Shown here piece by piece: positions 1 through 14,849 of a stretch of DNA of 64,000 nt. The position numbers were made by a program, and so were the translations under genes. Each line of letters opens with the position of its first letter. Position 1 is the first letter of the stretch. The notes beneath the pieces were generated by a model. The model was given only the letters and a program-made list of their open reading frames with translations. It was not told the origin of the DNA and ran no database searches. The DNA comes from Escherichia coli (GTDB taxonomy: Bacteria > Pseudomonadota > Gammaproteobacteria > Enterobacterales > Enterobacteriaceae): NCBI RefSeq assembly GCF_003334385.1, contig NZ_QOWN01000006.1. The stretch is one strand, 5' to 3'.

Positions 1-1164
1 TGGGCACCCATCCCTGCGGTCATCGCGGCGGGTATTCTCTCCACTTACTATTTTGGCATTACTGGCACCTTTTGGGCTGTCACGGGTGAATTTACCCGTT
101 GGGGCGGCCAGCTCCTGCAGCTGTTTGGCGTCCATGCTGAAGAGTGGGGTTATTTTAAAATTATCCATCTGGAAGGATCGCCATTAACCCGCATCGACGG
201 GATGATGATCCTCGGCATGTTTGGCGGCTGCTTTGCCGCAGCGCTGTGGGCCAACAATGTCAAACTGCGCATGCCACGCAGCCGTATCCGCATTATGCAG
301 GCCATTATTGGCGGTATTATCGCTGGTTTTGGCGCGCGTCTGGCAATGGGCTGTAACCTGGCGGCGTTCTTTACCGGTATTCCTCAGTTCTCGCTGCATG
401 CCTGGTTCTTTGCCATCGCCACTGCCATTGGTTCATGGTTTGGCGCACGCTTTACCCTGCTGCCCATCTTCCGTATTCCCGTGAAAATGCAGAAAGTTTC
501 TGCCGCCTCACCGCTGACGCAAAAACCGGATCAGGCGCGGCGTCGTTTTCGTCTCGGGATGCTGGTCTTTTTCGGCATGCTGGGCTGGGCGCTGCTCACG
601 GCGATGAACCAACCCAAACTGGGGCTGGCAATGCTGTTTGGCGTCGGCTTTGGTTTACTGATTGAACGTGCGCAAATCTGCTTTACTTCGGCGTTCCGCG
701 ATATGTGGATCACCGGACGTACCCACATGGCGAAAGCAATCATTATTGGTATGGCGGTGAGTGCCATCGGGATCTTCAGTTACGTACAGTTAGGTGTTGA
801 ACCCAAAATCATGTGGGCGGGACCAAACGCGGTAATTGGTGGTTTACTGTTTGGTTTTGGCATCGTGCTGGCAGGCGGCTGCGAAACCGGTTGGATGTAC
901 CGCGCGGTAGAAGGTCAGGTGCACTACTGGTGGGTCGGTCTGGGCAATGTGATCGGCTCAACCATTCTGGCGTATTACTGGGATGATTTCGCTCCGGCGC
1001 TGGCCACCGACTGGGACAAAATCAACCTGCTGAAAACCTTTGGCCCGATGGGTGGCCTGCTGGTGACATATTTGCTGTTGTTTACTGCGCTGATGTTGAT
1101 TATCGGCTGGGAAAAACGCTTCTTCCGCCGTGCGGCACCGCAGACTGCTAAGGAGATCGCATGA
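1..1164 (+). CDS. yedE: YedE-family inner membrane protein, 5' end truncated by window edge
   Basis: Frame 1 is open from position 1 to the stop at 1164; hydrophobic polytopic protein; position directly upstream of yedF as in E. coli. Confidence 0.8.
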   Translation, partial: WAPIPAVIAAGILSTYYFGITGTFWAVTGEFTRWGGQLLQLFGVHAEEWGYFKIIHLEGSPLTRIDGMMILGMFGGCFAAALWANNVKLRMPRSRIRIMQAIIGGIIAGFGARLAMGCNLAAFFTGIPQFSLHAWFFAIATAIGSWFGARFTLLPIFRIPVKMQKVSAASPLTQKPDQARRRFRLGMLVFFGMLGWALLTAMNQPKLGLAMLFGVGFGLLIERAQICFTSAFRDMWITGRTHMAKAIIIGMAVSAIGIFSYVQLGVEPKIMWAGPNAVIGGLLFGFGIVLAGGCETGWMYRAVEGQVHYWWVGLGNVIGSTILAYYWDDFAPALATDWDKINLLKTFGPMGGLLVTYLLLFTALMLIIGWEKRFFRRAAPQTAKEIA

Positions 1165-1394
1165 AAAATATCATTCCTGATTACCGTCTTGATATGGTGG
1201 GTGAACCCTGCCCTTATCCGGCAGTCGCAACCCTTGAGGCGATGCCGCAGTTAAAAAAAGGTGAGATCCTGGAAGTGGTGAGCGACTGTCCGCAGTCGAT
1301 CAATAATATTCCACTGGATGCTCGTAATCACGGCTATACGGTGCTGGATATTCAGCAAGACGGGCCGACCATTCGTTATTTAATTCAGAAGTAA
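1161..1394 (+). CDS. yedF: TusA-like sulfur-carrier protein YedF
   Basis: 77 aa ORF with conserved CPxP motif (GEPCPYP); start overlaps yedE stop (ATGA); RBS aaggag upstream. Confidence 0.9.
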   Translation: MKNIIPDYRLDMVGEPCPYPAVATLEAMPQLKKGEILEVVSDCPQSINNIPLDARNHGYTVLDIQQDGPTIRYLIQK

Positions 1395-1502
1395 TCCCTC
1401 ATTCCCGCTGTGGCCAACAGCGGGAATATCGTTGCCTCTGTACCACATAGATTTTACCCGCCCCCTCTCCTATTCTTTTCAGTGTGCTCTCAGGAGGTTG
1501 CT

Positions 1503-2171
1503 ATGTGTGGACGCTTTGCCCAATCCCAAACGCGTGAAGATTACCTTGCGCTTCTCGCGGAAGATATTGAACGCGATATTCCCTATGATCCCGAACCCAT
1601 TGGCAGATACAACGTCGCGCCGGGAACCAAAGTTCTTCTGCTCAGTGAACGTGATGAACACCTTCATCTGGATCCGGTTTTCTGGGGATATGCTCCCGGA
1701 TGGTGGGATAAACCGCCGCTGATTAACGCCCGCGTAGAAACTGCGGCCACCAGTCGTATGTTTAAACCGCTCTGGCAACATGGTCGGGCAATCTGTTTTG
1801 CCGATGGCTGGTTTGAGTGGAAAAAAGAAGGCGACAAAAAACAGCCTTATTTTATCTATCGTGCTGACGGACAACCTGTTTTTATGGCCGCGATAGGTAG
1901 CACACCGTTTGAGCGCGGTGACGAAGCCGAAGGATTTTTAATTGTCACTGCAGCAGCAGACCAGGGTCTGGTAGATATTCATGACCGCCGCCCGCTGGTA
2001 CTGTCGCCAGAAGCTGCGCGGGAATGGATGCGGCAAGAGATTGGCGGTAAAGAAGCATCAGAAATTGCTACCAACGGCTGTGTGCCAGCAAACCAGTTCA
2101 CCTGGCACCCGGTATCGCGCGCGGTAGGTAATGTCAAAAACCAGGGCGCGGAGTTAATTCAACCTGTTTGA
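1503..2171 (+). CDS. yedK: SOS-response-associated peptidase (abasic-site crosslinking protein) YedK
   Basis: ORF track gives 1410..2171; true N-terminus MCGRF (catalytic Cys2) at ATG 1503 preceded by RBS caggagg. Confidence 0.85.
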   Translation: MCGRFAQSQTREDYLALLAEDIERDIPYDPEPIGRYNVAPGTKVLLLSERDEHLHLDPVFWGYAPGWWDKPPLINARVETAATSRMFKPLWQHGRAICFADGWFEWKKEGDKKQPYFIYRADGQPVFMAAIGSTPFERGDEAEGFLIVTAAADQGLVDIHDRRPLVLSPEAAREWMRQEIGGKEASEIATNGCVPANQFTWHPVSRAVGNVKNQGAELIQPV

Positions 2172-2563
2172 TAAGCCAGGAGACTATTGATCAATAATAC
2201 TGCGTCATAAGAAATCTCTATTAGACAAAGTAGACGCTCCTTCCACATGCGCCACAAGAAACCTCTATTCCAGTGACACAATTACGCCTGATTATTTCCC
2301 TAGCCCGGAATATGAATAAAAACATCAACAAAGATTAAATTATTCAAACGTTACTGTTGCGTCTGCGGTCGTAACAACATCCGACGTGGTGATGTGTATC
2401 AAATGAGGCCTCTGATGATCAGAGGGTTTATCGCGTATACGGATCGTGGATGGCAGAAAACTTTCAGAATCAGGTTTCCATTTTAAACCAGAAATTGAGT
2501 GAGTTTGCCCCATCCATGCCCCACGCGGTGAGATCGGATGTAATTAACAACAGGTTACAAAAC

Positions 2564-2878
2564 CTACACCTGCATGCTCATCACTTCCTGATACGCCGCC
2601 ACCAGCTTATTACGCACCTGAATCCCCATTTGCATAGAAACTGAGGCTTTTTGCATATCGGTCATCACATCGTTTAACGCCACGCCGGGTTCACCGAGAG
2701 TGAATTTTTCTGCCTGCGTGCGGGCAGCTGTTTGTGTATCACTAATGCGATCGAGCGCGGCGTGCAGCTGCCCGGCAAAACTAATGGTCGGTTGCGGCAG
2801 TGATTCCTGCGCACGCGCACTCATCGCCGTAGCCTGTAACTGGCTGATAACCCCTTCAATCCCCTGTATCGCTGACAT
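2564..2878 (-). CDS. fliE: Flagellar hook-basal body protein FliE
   Basis: 104 aa starting [13 protein letters not shown] track ORF trimmed to the internal ATG (cat at 2876-2878 on + strand). Confidence 0.9.
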   Translation of the reverse strand: MSAIQGIEGVISQLQATAMSARAQESLPQPTISFAGQLHAALDRISDTQTAARTQAEKFTLGEPGVALNDVMTDMQKASVSMQMGIQVRNKLVAAYQEVMSMQV

Positions 2879-3092
2879 TCTCGTCTCCCGGATAATTTCT
2901 GGTAGCAAAGCCTACCAGTAAGTCAATAAGACAAAGGCGCTAAATAACAACAAAAAAACGGGTTTATTGGCGGATAGAAAAAAACGAAAGCACAAATAAT
3001 GGGAGCGTCAATTTTTCGAGTTTGCTGACCCGGGAGTGAGTCTTGTTCCACTTTGCCAATAACGCCGTCCATAATCAGCCACGAGGTGCGCG
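2879..3092. promoter_or_regulatory. Divergent fliE / fliF promoter region (class 2 flagellar promoters expected)
   Basis: 214-bp intergenic region between divergently transcribed fliE and fliFGHIJK; no individual boxes pinpointed. Confidence 0.45.
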
Positions 3093-6417
<3,325 letters not shown>

Positions 6418-6418
<1 letters not shown>

Positions 6419-7791
6419 TGACCACGCGCCTGACTCGCTGGCTAACCACGCTGGATAACTTTGAAGCCAAAATGGCGCAGTTGCCTGCGGTACGTCGCTA
6501 TGGGCGATTAACCCGCGCTACCGGGCTGGTGCTGGAAGCCACCGGATTACAATTGCCGCTCGGCGCAACCTGTGTCATTGAACGCCAGAACGGCAGCGAA
6601 ACGCACGAAGTAGAAAGCGAAGTCGTTGGCTTTAACGGTCAACGGCTGTTTTTAATGCCGCTGGAGGAAGTGGAAGGTGTCCTGCCCGGCGCGCGGGTTT
6701 ATGCCAAAAACATTTCGGCTGAAGGACTGCAAAGCGGCAAGCAGTTGCCGCTCGGTCCGGCGTTATTAGGTCGCGTTCTGGACGGCAGCGGTAAGCCGCT
6801 CGATGGCCTGCCCTCCCCCGATACGACGGAAACCGGTGCGCTGATTACCCCGCCATTTAACCCGTTGCAACGTACACCGATTGAACATGTGCTGGACACC
6901 GGCGTGCGCCCAATCAATGCCCTGCTTACCGTTGGGCGTGGGCAGCGTATGGGGCTGTTTGCCGGGTCCGGCGTTGGTAAAAGTGTGCTGCTGGGGATGA
7001 TGGCACGTTACACCCGCGCCGATGTCATTGTCGTGGGTTTGATTGGTGAACGCGGACGCGAAGTAAAAGATTTTATTGAGAATATCCTCGGTGCCGAAGG
7101 GCGTGCACGCTCCGTGGTGATTGCCGCTCCGGCGGATGTCTCTCCGCTTCTGCGAATGCAAGGTGCCGCCTATGCCACGCGCATTGCCGAAGATTTTCGC
7201 GATCGTGGTCAGCATGTGTTGCTGATTATGGACTCCCTCACCCGCTACGCGATGGCCCAGCGTGAAATTGCGCTGGCGATTGGCGAACCACCCGCCACCA
7301 AAGGTTATCCCCCGTCGGTGTTTGCCAAATTACCGGCACTGGTCGAGCGTGCCGGAAATGGCATTAGCGGCGGCGGATCGATTACCGCGTTTTATACCGT
7401 GCTCACCGAGGGCGATGACCAGCAGGACCCCATTGCCGACTCCGCGCGGGCAATCCTCGACGGTCACATTGTGCTGTCTCGCCGACTGGCGGAAGCCGGG
7501 CACTATCCGGCTATCGATATTGAAGCGTCGATCAGCCGCGCAATGACGGCGTTGATCAGCGAGCAACATTACGCGCGAGTGCGCACCTTCAAACAGCTGT
7601 TGTCGAGTTTTCAGCGTAACCGAGATCTGGTTAGCGTCGGCGCGTATGCCAAAGGCAGCGATCCGATGCTCGATAAAGCCATCGCCCTGTGGCCGCAGCT
7701 GGAGGGCTATTTGCAACAAGGCATTTTTGAACGCGCGGACTGGGAAGCGTCTCTCCAGGGGCTGGAGCGTATTTTCCCGACAGTGTCATAA
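6418..7791 (+). CDS. fliI: Flagellum-specific ATPase FliI
   Basis: 457 aa; Walker A GSGVGKS encoded at about 6964-6984; start overlaps fliH stop. Confidence 0.95.
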
Positions 7792-7809
7792 CCCAGGAGA
7801 TAACGGCAG

Positions 7810-8253
7810 ATGGCAGAACATGGCGCGCTGGCGACCCTGAAAGATCTGGCAGAAAAAGAGGTAGAGGATGCCGCGCGCCTGCTGGGTGAAATGCGTCGCG
7901 GGTGTCAGCAGGCGGAAGAACAGCTCAAAATGCTGATCGATTATCAGAATGAATATCGCAATAACCTCAACAGCGATATGAGTGCCGGGATGACCAGCAA
8001 CCGCTGGATCAACTATCAGCAGTTTATCCAGACGCTGGAAAAAGCCATTACTCAGCATCGCCAGCAACTTAATCAGTGGACGCAGAAAGTTGACATTGCC
8101 CTGAACAGCTGGCGAGAAAAGAAACAACGTTTGCAGGCCTGGCAGACACTGCAGGAACGGCAATCCACGGCGGCACTGCTTGCAGAAAACCGCCTCGATC
8201 AGAAAAAGATGGATGAGTTCGCCCAGCGCGCCGCCATGAGGAAACCTGAATGA
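7810..8253 (+). CDS. fliJ: Flagellar export chaperone FliJ
   Basis: 147 aa coiled-coil protein in the expected position. Confidence 0.9.
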   Translation: MAEHGALATLKDLAEKEVEDAARLLGEMRRGCQQAEEQLKMLIDYQNEYRNNLNSDMSAGMTSNRWINYQQFIQTLEKAITQHRQQLNQWTQKVDIALNSWREKKQRLQAWQTLQERQSTAALLAENRLDQKKMDEFAQRAAMRKPE

Positions 8254-9377
8254 TTCGCTTAGCGCCCTTAATTACCGCCGACGTTGACACCACCACATTG
8301 CCTGGCGGCAAAGCCAGCGATGCTGCACAAGATTTTCTCGCGTTGTTGAGCGAAGCATTAGCAGGCGAGACAACTACCGACAAAGCGGCCCCCCAGTTGC
8401 TGGTGGCAACAGATAAGCCCACGACAAAAGGCGAGCCGCTGGTCAGCGAGATTCTTGCCGATGCGCAACAAGCGGATTTACTGATCCCTGTGGATGAAAC
8501 ACCGCCTGTCATCAACGACGAACAATCCACATCAACACCATTAACCACCGCTCAAACGATGACGATGGCTGCGGTGGCTGGCAACAATACGGCAAAAGAC
8601 GAAAAAGCGGATGATCTGAATGAAGACGTCACCGCAAGCCTGAGCGCCCTTTTTGCGATGTTGCCGGGTTTTGACAATACGCCCAAAGTGACTGATGTGC
8701 CGTCAACCGTGTTACCGGCAGAGAAACCAACGCTCTTCACAAAACTGACTTCTGCGCAACTCACAACAGCACAGCCTGATGATGCCCCCGGCACGCCAGC
8801 TCAGCCATTAACACCGCTGGTAGCAGAAGCCCAGAGTAAAGCGGAAGTCATCAGCACACCTTCACCGGTGACCGCTGCCGCCAGCCCGCTAATCACTTCA
8901 CACCAGACACAGCCACTGCCCACCGTCGCCGCGCCTGTGTTGAGTGCACCGCTGGGTTCTCACGAATGGCAACAATCATTAAGCCAGCATATTTCGCTGT
9001 TCACCCGCCAGGGGCAACAAAGTGCAGAGTTGCGTCTGCACCCGCAGGATTTAGGTGAAGTGCAAATCTCCCTCAAAGTGGATGATAACCAGGCGCAAAT
9101 CCAGATGGTTTCACCGCATCAACACGTACGCGCCGCCCTGGAAGCAGCGCTTCCGGTACTGCGAACGCAGCTGGCCGAAAGTGGCATTCAGTTAGGGCAA
9201 AGCAACATCAGTGGCGAAAGCTTTAGTGGTCAGCAGCAGGCCGCTTCCCAACAACAGCAAAGCCAACGCACAGTAAACCATGAACCTCTGGCGGGGGAAG
9301 ACGACGATACGCTTCCGGTTCCCGTCTCTTTACAAGGGCGTGTAACAGGCAACAGCGGCGTTGATATTTTCGCCTAA
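8250..9377 (+). CDS. fliK: Flagellar hook-length control protein FliK
   Basis: 375 aa, Pro/Thr/Ala/Gln-rich central region, conserved C-terminal domain; 4-nt overlap with fliJ. Confidence 0.9.
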   Translation: MIRLAPLITADVDTTTLPGGKASDAAQDFLALLSEALAGETTTDKAAPQLLVATDKPTTKGEPLVSEILADAQQADLLIPVDETPPVINDEQSTSTPLTTAQTMTMAAVAGNNTAKDEKADDLNEDVTASLSALFAMLPGFDNTPKVTDVPSTVLPAEKPTLFTKLTSAQLTTAQPDDAPGTPAQPLTPLVAEAQSKAEVISTPSPVTAAASPLITSHQTQPLPTVAAPVLSAPLGSHEWQQSLSQHISLFTRQGQQSAELRLHPQDLGEVQISLKVDDNQAQIQMVSPHQHVRAALEAALPVLRTQLAESGIQLGQSNISGESFSGQQQAASQQQQSQRTVNHEPLAGEDDDTLPVPVSLQGRVTGNSGVDIFA

Positions 9378-9444
9378 CGTCAGAGATAGCACCGTAATCC
9401 GCGTCTTTTCCCCGCTTTGTTGCGCTCAAGACGCAGGATAATTA

Positions 9445-9452
9445 GCCGATAA
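9445..9452 (+). promoter_or_regulatory. Sigma28-like -10 element GCCGATAA upstream of fliL
   Basis: Exact GCCGATAA 30 bp upstream of fliL ATG with TCAA 15 nt further upstream (consensus TAAA-N15-GCCGATAA). Confidence 0.3.
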
Positions 9453-9481
9453 GCAGTAGCGACACAGGAAGACCGCAACAC

Positions 9482-9946
9482 ATGACTGATTACGCGATAA
9501 GCAAGAAAAGCAAGCGATCGCTTTGGATCCCGATTCTGGTATTCATTACCCTCGCGGCCTGTGCCAGCGCAGGTTACAGCTACTGGCATTCGCATCAGGT
9601 TGCCGCTGACGACAAAGCGCAGCAACGCGTCGTACCCTCCCCGGTCTTCTACGCGCTGGATACCTTCACGGTCAATTTGGGCGATGCGGATCGCGTGCTT
9701 TATATCGGCATAACCCTGCGCCTGAAAGATGAAGCTACCCGCTCGCGGCTGAGTGAGTATTTGCCGGAAGTCCGTAGCCGTTTGCTGTTACTGTTTTCGC
9801 GTCAGGATGCTGCCGTACTGGCGACAGAAGAAGGCAAGAAAAACCTGATTGCCGAGATTAAAACCACGCTTTCCACCCCGCTTGTTGCCGGGCAACCGAA
9901 ACAGGATGTCACCGACGTGCTGTATACCGCTTTTATTCTGCGATAA
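9482..9946 (+). CDS. fliL: Flagellar basal-body-associated protein FliL
   Basis: 154 aa with single N-terminal transmembrane segment. Confidence 0.9.
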   Translation: MTDYAISKKSKRSLWIPILVFITLAACASAGYSYWHSHQVAADDKAQQRVVPSPVFYALDTFTVNLGDADRVLYIGITLRLKDEATRSRLSEYLPEVRSRLLLLFSRQDAAVLATEEGKKNLIAEIKTTLSTPLVAGQPKQDVTDVLYTAFILR

Positions 9947-9950
9947 CGAC

Positions 9951-10955
9951 ATGGGCGATAGTATTCTTTCTCAAGCTGAAATTGATGCGCTGTTGAATGG
10001 TGACAGCGAAGTCAAAGACGAACCGACAGCCAGTGTTAGCGGCGAAAGTGACATTCGTCCGTACGATCCGAATACCCAACGACGGGTTGTGCGCGAACGT
10101 TTGCAGGCGCTGGAAATCATTAATGAGCGCTTTGCCCGCCATTTTCGTATGGGGCTGTTCAACCTGCTGCGTCGTAGCCCGGATATAACCGTCGGGGCCA
10201 TCCGCATTCAGCCGTACCATGAATTTGCCCGCAACCTGCCGGTGCCGACCAACCTGAACCTTATCCATCTGAAACCGCTGCGCGGCACAGGGCTGGTGGT
10301 GTTTTCACCGAGTCTGGTGTTTATCGCCGTGGATAACCTGTTTGGCGGCGATGGACGCTTCCCGACCAAAGTGGAAGGTCGCGAGTTTACCCATACCGAA
10401 CAGCGCGTCATCAACCGCATGTTAAAGCTGGCGCTTGAAGGCTATAGCGACGCCTGGAAGGCGATTAATCCGCTGGAAGTTGAGTACGTGCGTTCGGAAA
10501 TGCAGGTGAAATTTACCAATATCACCACCTCGCCGAACGACATTGTGGTTAACACGCCGTTCCATGTGGAGATTGGCAACCTGACCGGCGAATTTAATAT
10601 CTGTCTGCCATTCAGCATGATCGAGCCGCTACGGGAATTGTTGGTTAACCCGCCGCTGGAAAACTCGCGTAATGAAGATCAGAACTGGCGCGATAACCTG
10701 GTGCGCCAGGTGCAGCATTCACAGCTGGAGCTGGTCGCCAACTTTGCCGATATCTCGCTACGCCTGTCGCAGATTTTAAAACTGAAACCCGGCGACGTCC
10801 TGCCGATAGAAAAACCCGATCGCATCATCGCCCATGTTGACGGCGTCCCGGTGCTGACCAGTCAGTACGGCACTCTCAACGGTCAGTATGCGTTACGGAT
10901 AGAACATTTGATTAACCCGATTTTAAATTCTCTGAACGAGGAACAGCCCAAATGA
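9951..10955 (+). CDS. fliM: Flagellar motor switch protein FliM
   Basis: 334 aa from MGDSILSQAEIDALL (ATG at 9951); ORF track start 9849 is an upstream extension overlapping fliL. Confidence 0.9.
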   Translation: MGDSILSQAEIDALLNGDSEVKDEPTASVSGESDIRPYDPNTQRRVVRERLQALEIINERFARHFRMGLFNLLRRSPDITVGAIRIQPYHEFARNLPVPTNLNLIHLKPLRGTGLVVFSPSLVFIAVDNLFGGDGRFPTKVEGREFTHTEQRVINRMLKLALEGYSDAWKAINPLEVEYVRSEMQVKFTNITTSPNDIVVNTPFHVEIGNLTGEFNICLPFSMIEPLRELLVNPPLENSRNEDQNWRDNLVRQVQHSQLELVANFADISLRLSQILKLKPGDVLPIEKPDRIIAHVDGVPVLTSQYGTLNGQYALRIEHLINPILNSLNEEQPK

Positions 10956-11365
10956 GTGACATGAATAATCCGGCCGATGACAACAACGGCGCAATGGACG
11001 ATCTGTGGGCTGAAGCGTTGAGCGAACAAAAATCAACCAGCAGCAAAAGCGCTGCCGACGCGGTGTTCCAGCAATTTGGCGGTGGTGATGTCAGCGGAAC
11101 GTTGCAGGATATCGACCTGATAATGGATATTCCGGTCAAGCTGACCGTCGAGCTGGGCCGTACGCGGATGACCATCAAAGAGCTGTTGCGTCTGACGCAA
11201 GGGTCCGTCGTGGCGCTGGACGGTCTGGCGGGCGAACCACTGGATATTCTGATCAACGGTTATTTAATCGCCCAGGGCGAAGTGGTGGTCGTTGCCGATA
11301 AATATGGCGTGCGGATCACCGATATCATTACTCCGTCTGAGCGAATGCGTCGCCTGAGCCGTTAG
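10952..11365 (+). CDS. fliN: Flagellar motor switch protein FliN
   Basis: 137 aa; 4-nt overlap with fliM. Confidence 0.95.
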   Translation: MSDMNNPADDNNGAMDDLWAEALSEQKSTSSKSAADAVFQQFGGGDVSGTLQDIDLIMDIPVKLTVELGRTRMTIKELLRLTQGSVVALDGLAGEPLDILINGYLIAQGEVVVVADKYGVRITDIITPSERMRRLSR

Positions 11366-11367
11366 TG

Positions 11368-11733
11368 ATGAATAACCACGCTACTGTGCAATCTTCCACG
11401 CCGGTTTCTGCTGCGCCACTGCTGCAGGTCAGCGGCGCACTCATCGCCATTATTGCCCTGATCCTCGCTGCTGCCTGGCTGGTAAAACGGTTGGGATTTG
11501 CCCCGAAACGCACTGGCGTTAACGGTCTGAAAATTAGCGCCAGTGCTTCGCTGGGCGCGCGTGAACGGGTTGTGGTGGTCGATGTGGAAGATACACGGCT
11601 GGTGCTCGGCGTTACCGCAGGGCAAATCAATCTGCTGCATAAACTTCCCCCTTCAGCACCAACAGAAGAGATACCGCAGACCGATTTTCAGTCGGTCATG
11701 AAAAATTTGCTTAAGCGTAGTGGGAGATCCTGA
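11368..11733 (+). CDS. fliO: Flagellar biosynthesis protein FliO
   Basis: 121 aa from ATG 11368 (MNNHATV); alternative GTG at 11365 overlaps the fliN stop. Confidence 0.8.
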   Translation: MNNHATVQSSTPVSAAPLLQVSGALIAIIALILAAAWLVKRLGFAPKRTGVNGLKISASASLGARERVVVVDVEDTRLVLGVTAGQINLLHKLPPSAPTEEIPQTDFQSVMKNLLKRSGRS

Positions 11734-12470
11734 TGCGTCGTTTGTTGTCTGTCGCACCTGTCCTTCTCTGGCTGGTTACGCCCCTCGCCTTCGCGCAACT
11801 GCCGGGTATCACCAGCCAGCCGCTGCCTGGCGGTGGACAAAGCTGGTCGCTCCCGGTGCAGACGCTGGTGTTCATCACCTCGTTGACGTTTATTCCGGCA
11901 ATTTTACTGATGATGACCAGTTTCACCCGCATCATCATTGTTTTTGGTTTATTGCGTAACGCGCTGGGAACGCCCTCCGCGCCACCTAACCAGGTATTGC
12001 TGGGGCTGGCACTATTTTTGACCTTTTTTATTATGTCACCGGTGATCGATAAAATTTATGTCGATGCGTACCAGCCATTCAGCGAAGAGAAAATATCAAT
12101 GCAGGAGGCGCTGGAAAAAGGGGCGCAGCCGCTACGTGAGTTTATGCTGCGTCAGACCCGTGAGGCAGATTTAGGGTTGTTTGCCAGACTAGCGAATACC
12201 GGCCCGTTGCAGGGACCTGAAGCCGTGCCGATGCGCATTTTGCTCCCGGCCTACGTGACCAGCGAGTTGAAAACCGCATTTCAGATAGGCTTCACGATTT
12301 TCATTCCTTTTTTGATTATCGACCTGGTGATTGCCAGCGTGTTGATGGCATTGGGGATGATGATGGTCCCCCCCGCCACCATTGCTCTGCCCTTTAAACT
12401 GATGCTGTTTGTACTGGTGGATGGTTGGCAATTGCTGGTCGGTTCGCTGGCGCAGAGCTTTTACAGCTAG
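11733..12470 (+). CDS. fliP: Flagellar export apparatus protein FliP
   Basis: 245 aa with signal-like N-terminus and conserved membrane core. Confidence 0.95.
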   Translation: MRRLLSVAPVLLWLVTPLAFAQLPGITSQPLPGGGQSWSLPVQTLVFITSLTFIPAILLMMTSFTRIIIVFGLLRNALGTPSAPPNQVLLGLALFLTFFIMSPVIDKIYVDAYQPFSEEKISMQEALEKGAQPLREFMLRQTREADLGLFARLANTGPLQGPEAVPMRILLPAYVTSELKTAFQIGFTIFIPFLIIDLVIASVLMALGMMMVPPATIALPFKLMLFVLVDGWQLLVGSLAQSFYS

Positions 12471-12479
12471 AGAGGCAAA

Positions 12480-12749
12480 ATGACACCTGAATCGGTCATG
12501 ATGATGGGGACTGAAGCGATGAAAGTCGCGCTGGCACTGGCTGCCCCGCTGTTGCTGGTGGCGCTGGTCACGGGCCTTATCATCAGTATTTTGCAGGCCG
12601 CCACCCAGATCAACGAAATGACGCTGTCGTTTATTCCAAAAATCATCGCCGTATTTATTGCCATTATTATTGCCGGACCGTGGATGCTCAATCTGTTGCT
12701 GGATTACGTCCGCACCTTGTTCACTAACCTGCCGTATATCATCGGGTAG
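12480..12749 (+). CDS. fliQ: Flagellar export apparatus protein FliQ
   Basis: 89 aa small hydrophobic protein. Confidence 0.95.
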   Translation: MTPESVMMMGTEAMKVALALAAPLLLVALVTGLIISILQAATQINEMTLSFIPKIIAVFIAIIIAGPWMLNLLLDYVRTLFTNLPYIIG

Positions 12750-12756
12750 CCGTACT

Positions 12757-13542
12757 ATGTTGCAGGTGACAAGCGAACAATGGCTATCCTGGTTAAGCCT
12801 CTACTTCTGGCCGTTACTGCGCGTGCTGGCGCTCATTTCTACCGCGCCAATTCTGAGCGAACGCAGCGTGCCGAAACGGGTAAAACTGGGTCTGGCAATG
12901 ATGATCACGTTCGCAATTGCCCCATCATTACCTGCCAACGATGTTCCTGTTTTTTCGTTCTTTGCTCTGTGGCTGGCCGTGCAGCAGATCCTGATCGGCA
13001 TTGCGCTTGGTTTTACCATGCAATTTGCCTTTGCCGCTGTGCGAACCGCTGGCGAAATTATCGGCCTGCAAATGGGGCTGTCATTTGCGACGTTTGTCGA
13101 TCCGGCCAGCCATCTCAATATGCCCGTTTTAGCGCGTATCATGGATATGCTGGCGTTATTGCTGTTCCTGACATTTAACGGTCATTTATGGTTAATTTCA
13201 CTGCTGGTCGATACCTTTCACACCCTGCCAATTGGTGGCGAACCGTTGAACAGCAATGCGTTTCTGGCACTCACCAAAGCAGGGAGTTTGATTTTCCTTA
13301 ACGGGCTGATGCTGGCGTTACCGCTCATTACTCTGCTGCTGACCCTGAATCTGGCATTAGGTTTACTGAATCGTATGGCCCCGCAATTATCCATTTTTGT
13401 TATTGGATTTCCATTAACTCTGACTGTCGGTATCTCTTTAATGGCGGCATTAATGCCGTTAATTGCGCCTTTTTGCGAACATTTATTCAGTGAAATTTTT
13501 AATTTGCTGGCTGATATTATTAGTGAATTGCCATTAATATAA
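12757..13542 (+). CDS. fliR: Flagellar export apparatus protein FliR
   Basis: 261 aa from [13 protein letters not shown] (ATG 12757); ORF track start 12658 is an extension overlapping fliQ. Confidence 0.9.
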   Translation: MLQVTSEQWLSWLSLYFWPLLRVLALISTAPILSERSVPKRVKLGLAMMITFAIAPSLPANDVPVFSFFALWLAVQQILIGIALGFTMQFAFAAVRTAGEIIGLQMGLSFATFVDPASHLNMPVLARIMDMLALLLFLTFNGHLWLISLLVDTFHTLPIGGEPLNSNAFLALTKAGSLIFLNGLMLALPLITLLLTLNLALGLLNRMAPQLSIFVIGFPLTLTVGISLMAALMPLIAPFCEHLFSEIFNLLADIISELPLI

Positions 13543-13567
13543 TTCCGTAACGTTTATCATGTTATCC

Positions 13568-13581
13568 TAAGGATTATCCGA
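13568..13581 (+). promoter_or_regulatory. Candidate RcsAB box upstream of rcsA
   Basis: taaggattatccga resembles the RcsAB box consensus TaAGaatatTCctA; lies in the AT-rich rcsA upstream region. Confidence 0.35.
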
Positions 13582-13831
13582 AAAATAATACCTACGAACA
13601 TCTTCCAGGATACTCCTGCGGCGAAATATTTGTTTTAAGCTCACTCACATATCGCAACATTTACTTTACTTTAAGACAATTCCAGGCAAATTATACAACA
13701 CTTTACGGGATAGTAAGTCCGCCTGAAAAATCGCGAGAGTAGCGCATTAGGTGACCCATGTTGTTCCGTTTAGTCATGATGAAATATTCAGGTAAGGGGA
13801 ATTATCGTTACGCATTGAGTGAGGGTATGCC

Positions 13832-14455
13832 ATGTCAACGATTATTATGGATTTATGTAGTTACACCCGACTAGGTTTAACCGGGTATCTGTTGAGTAGA
13901 GGGGTTAAAAAAAGAGAAATCAACGACATTGAAACCGTTGATGACCTTGCCATAGCTTGTGATTCACAGCGCCCTTCAGTGGTGTTTATTAATGAGGACT
14001 GTTTCATCCATGATGCTTCTAACAGTCAGCACATCAAGCACATCATTAATCAACATCCCAATACGTTATTTATCGTTTTTATGGCAATTGCCAATGTTCA
14101 TTTTGATGAATATCTATTGGTCAGAAAAAATTTATTGATCAGTTCTAAATCGATTAAACCGGAATCTCTCGACGATATCCTTGGCGATATTCTGAAAAAA
14201 GAGACAACGATAACCTCGTTTTTAAATATGCCGACGTTATCATTGAGCCGAACCGAATCGAGTATGTTGCGAATGTGGATGGCAGGTCAGGGAACCATTC
14301 AAATCTCTGACCAAATGAATATCAAAGCCAAGACCGTTTCATCGCATAAAGGTAATATTAAACGTAAGATCAAAACGCATAATAAACAGGTTATCTACCA
14401 TGTCGTCCGACTGACGGATAATGTGACTAATGGTATTTTTGTCAACATGCGCTAA
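13832..14455 (+). CDS. rcsA: Capsule synthesis co-regulator RcsA (LuxR-type)
   Basis: 207 aa starting [25 protein letters not shown]-terminal LuxR-type HTH. Confidence 0.95.
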
Positions 14456-14462
14456 CACATTC

Positions 14463-14488
14463 TGACTGGTGGTTTCCCACCAGTCAGG
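14463..14488. terminator. Bidirectional hairpin between convergent rcsA and dsrB
   Basis: ctgactggtgg-tttc-ccaccagtcag perfect inverted repeat between the two stop codons. Confidence 0.5.
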
Positions 14489-14498
14489 CTGAATAAGA

Positions 14499-14777
<279 letters not shown>

Positions 14778-14849
14778 CTATACTTAAGAGATGCCAGGCG
14801 GACTTAACGACTGGCGGCAACAACAGAGTAACGGTTGCGAGGAAAGATG

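Noticed and set aside
1410-1502. N-terminal extension of yedK in the ORF track
   Set aside because: The SRAP family begins at the catalytic Cys2, and ATG 1503 has a proper RBS
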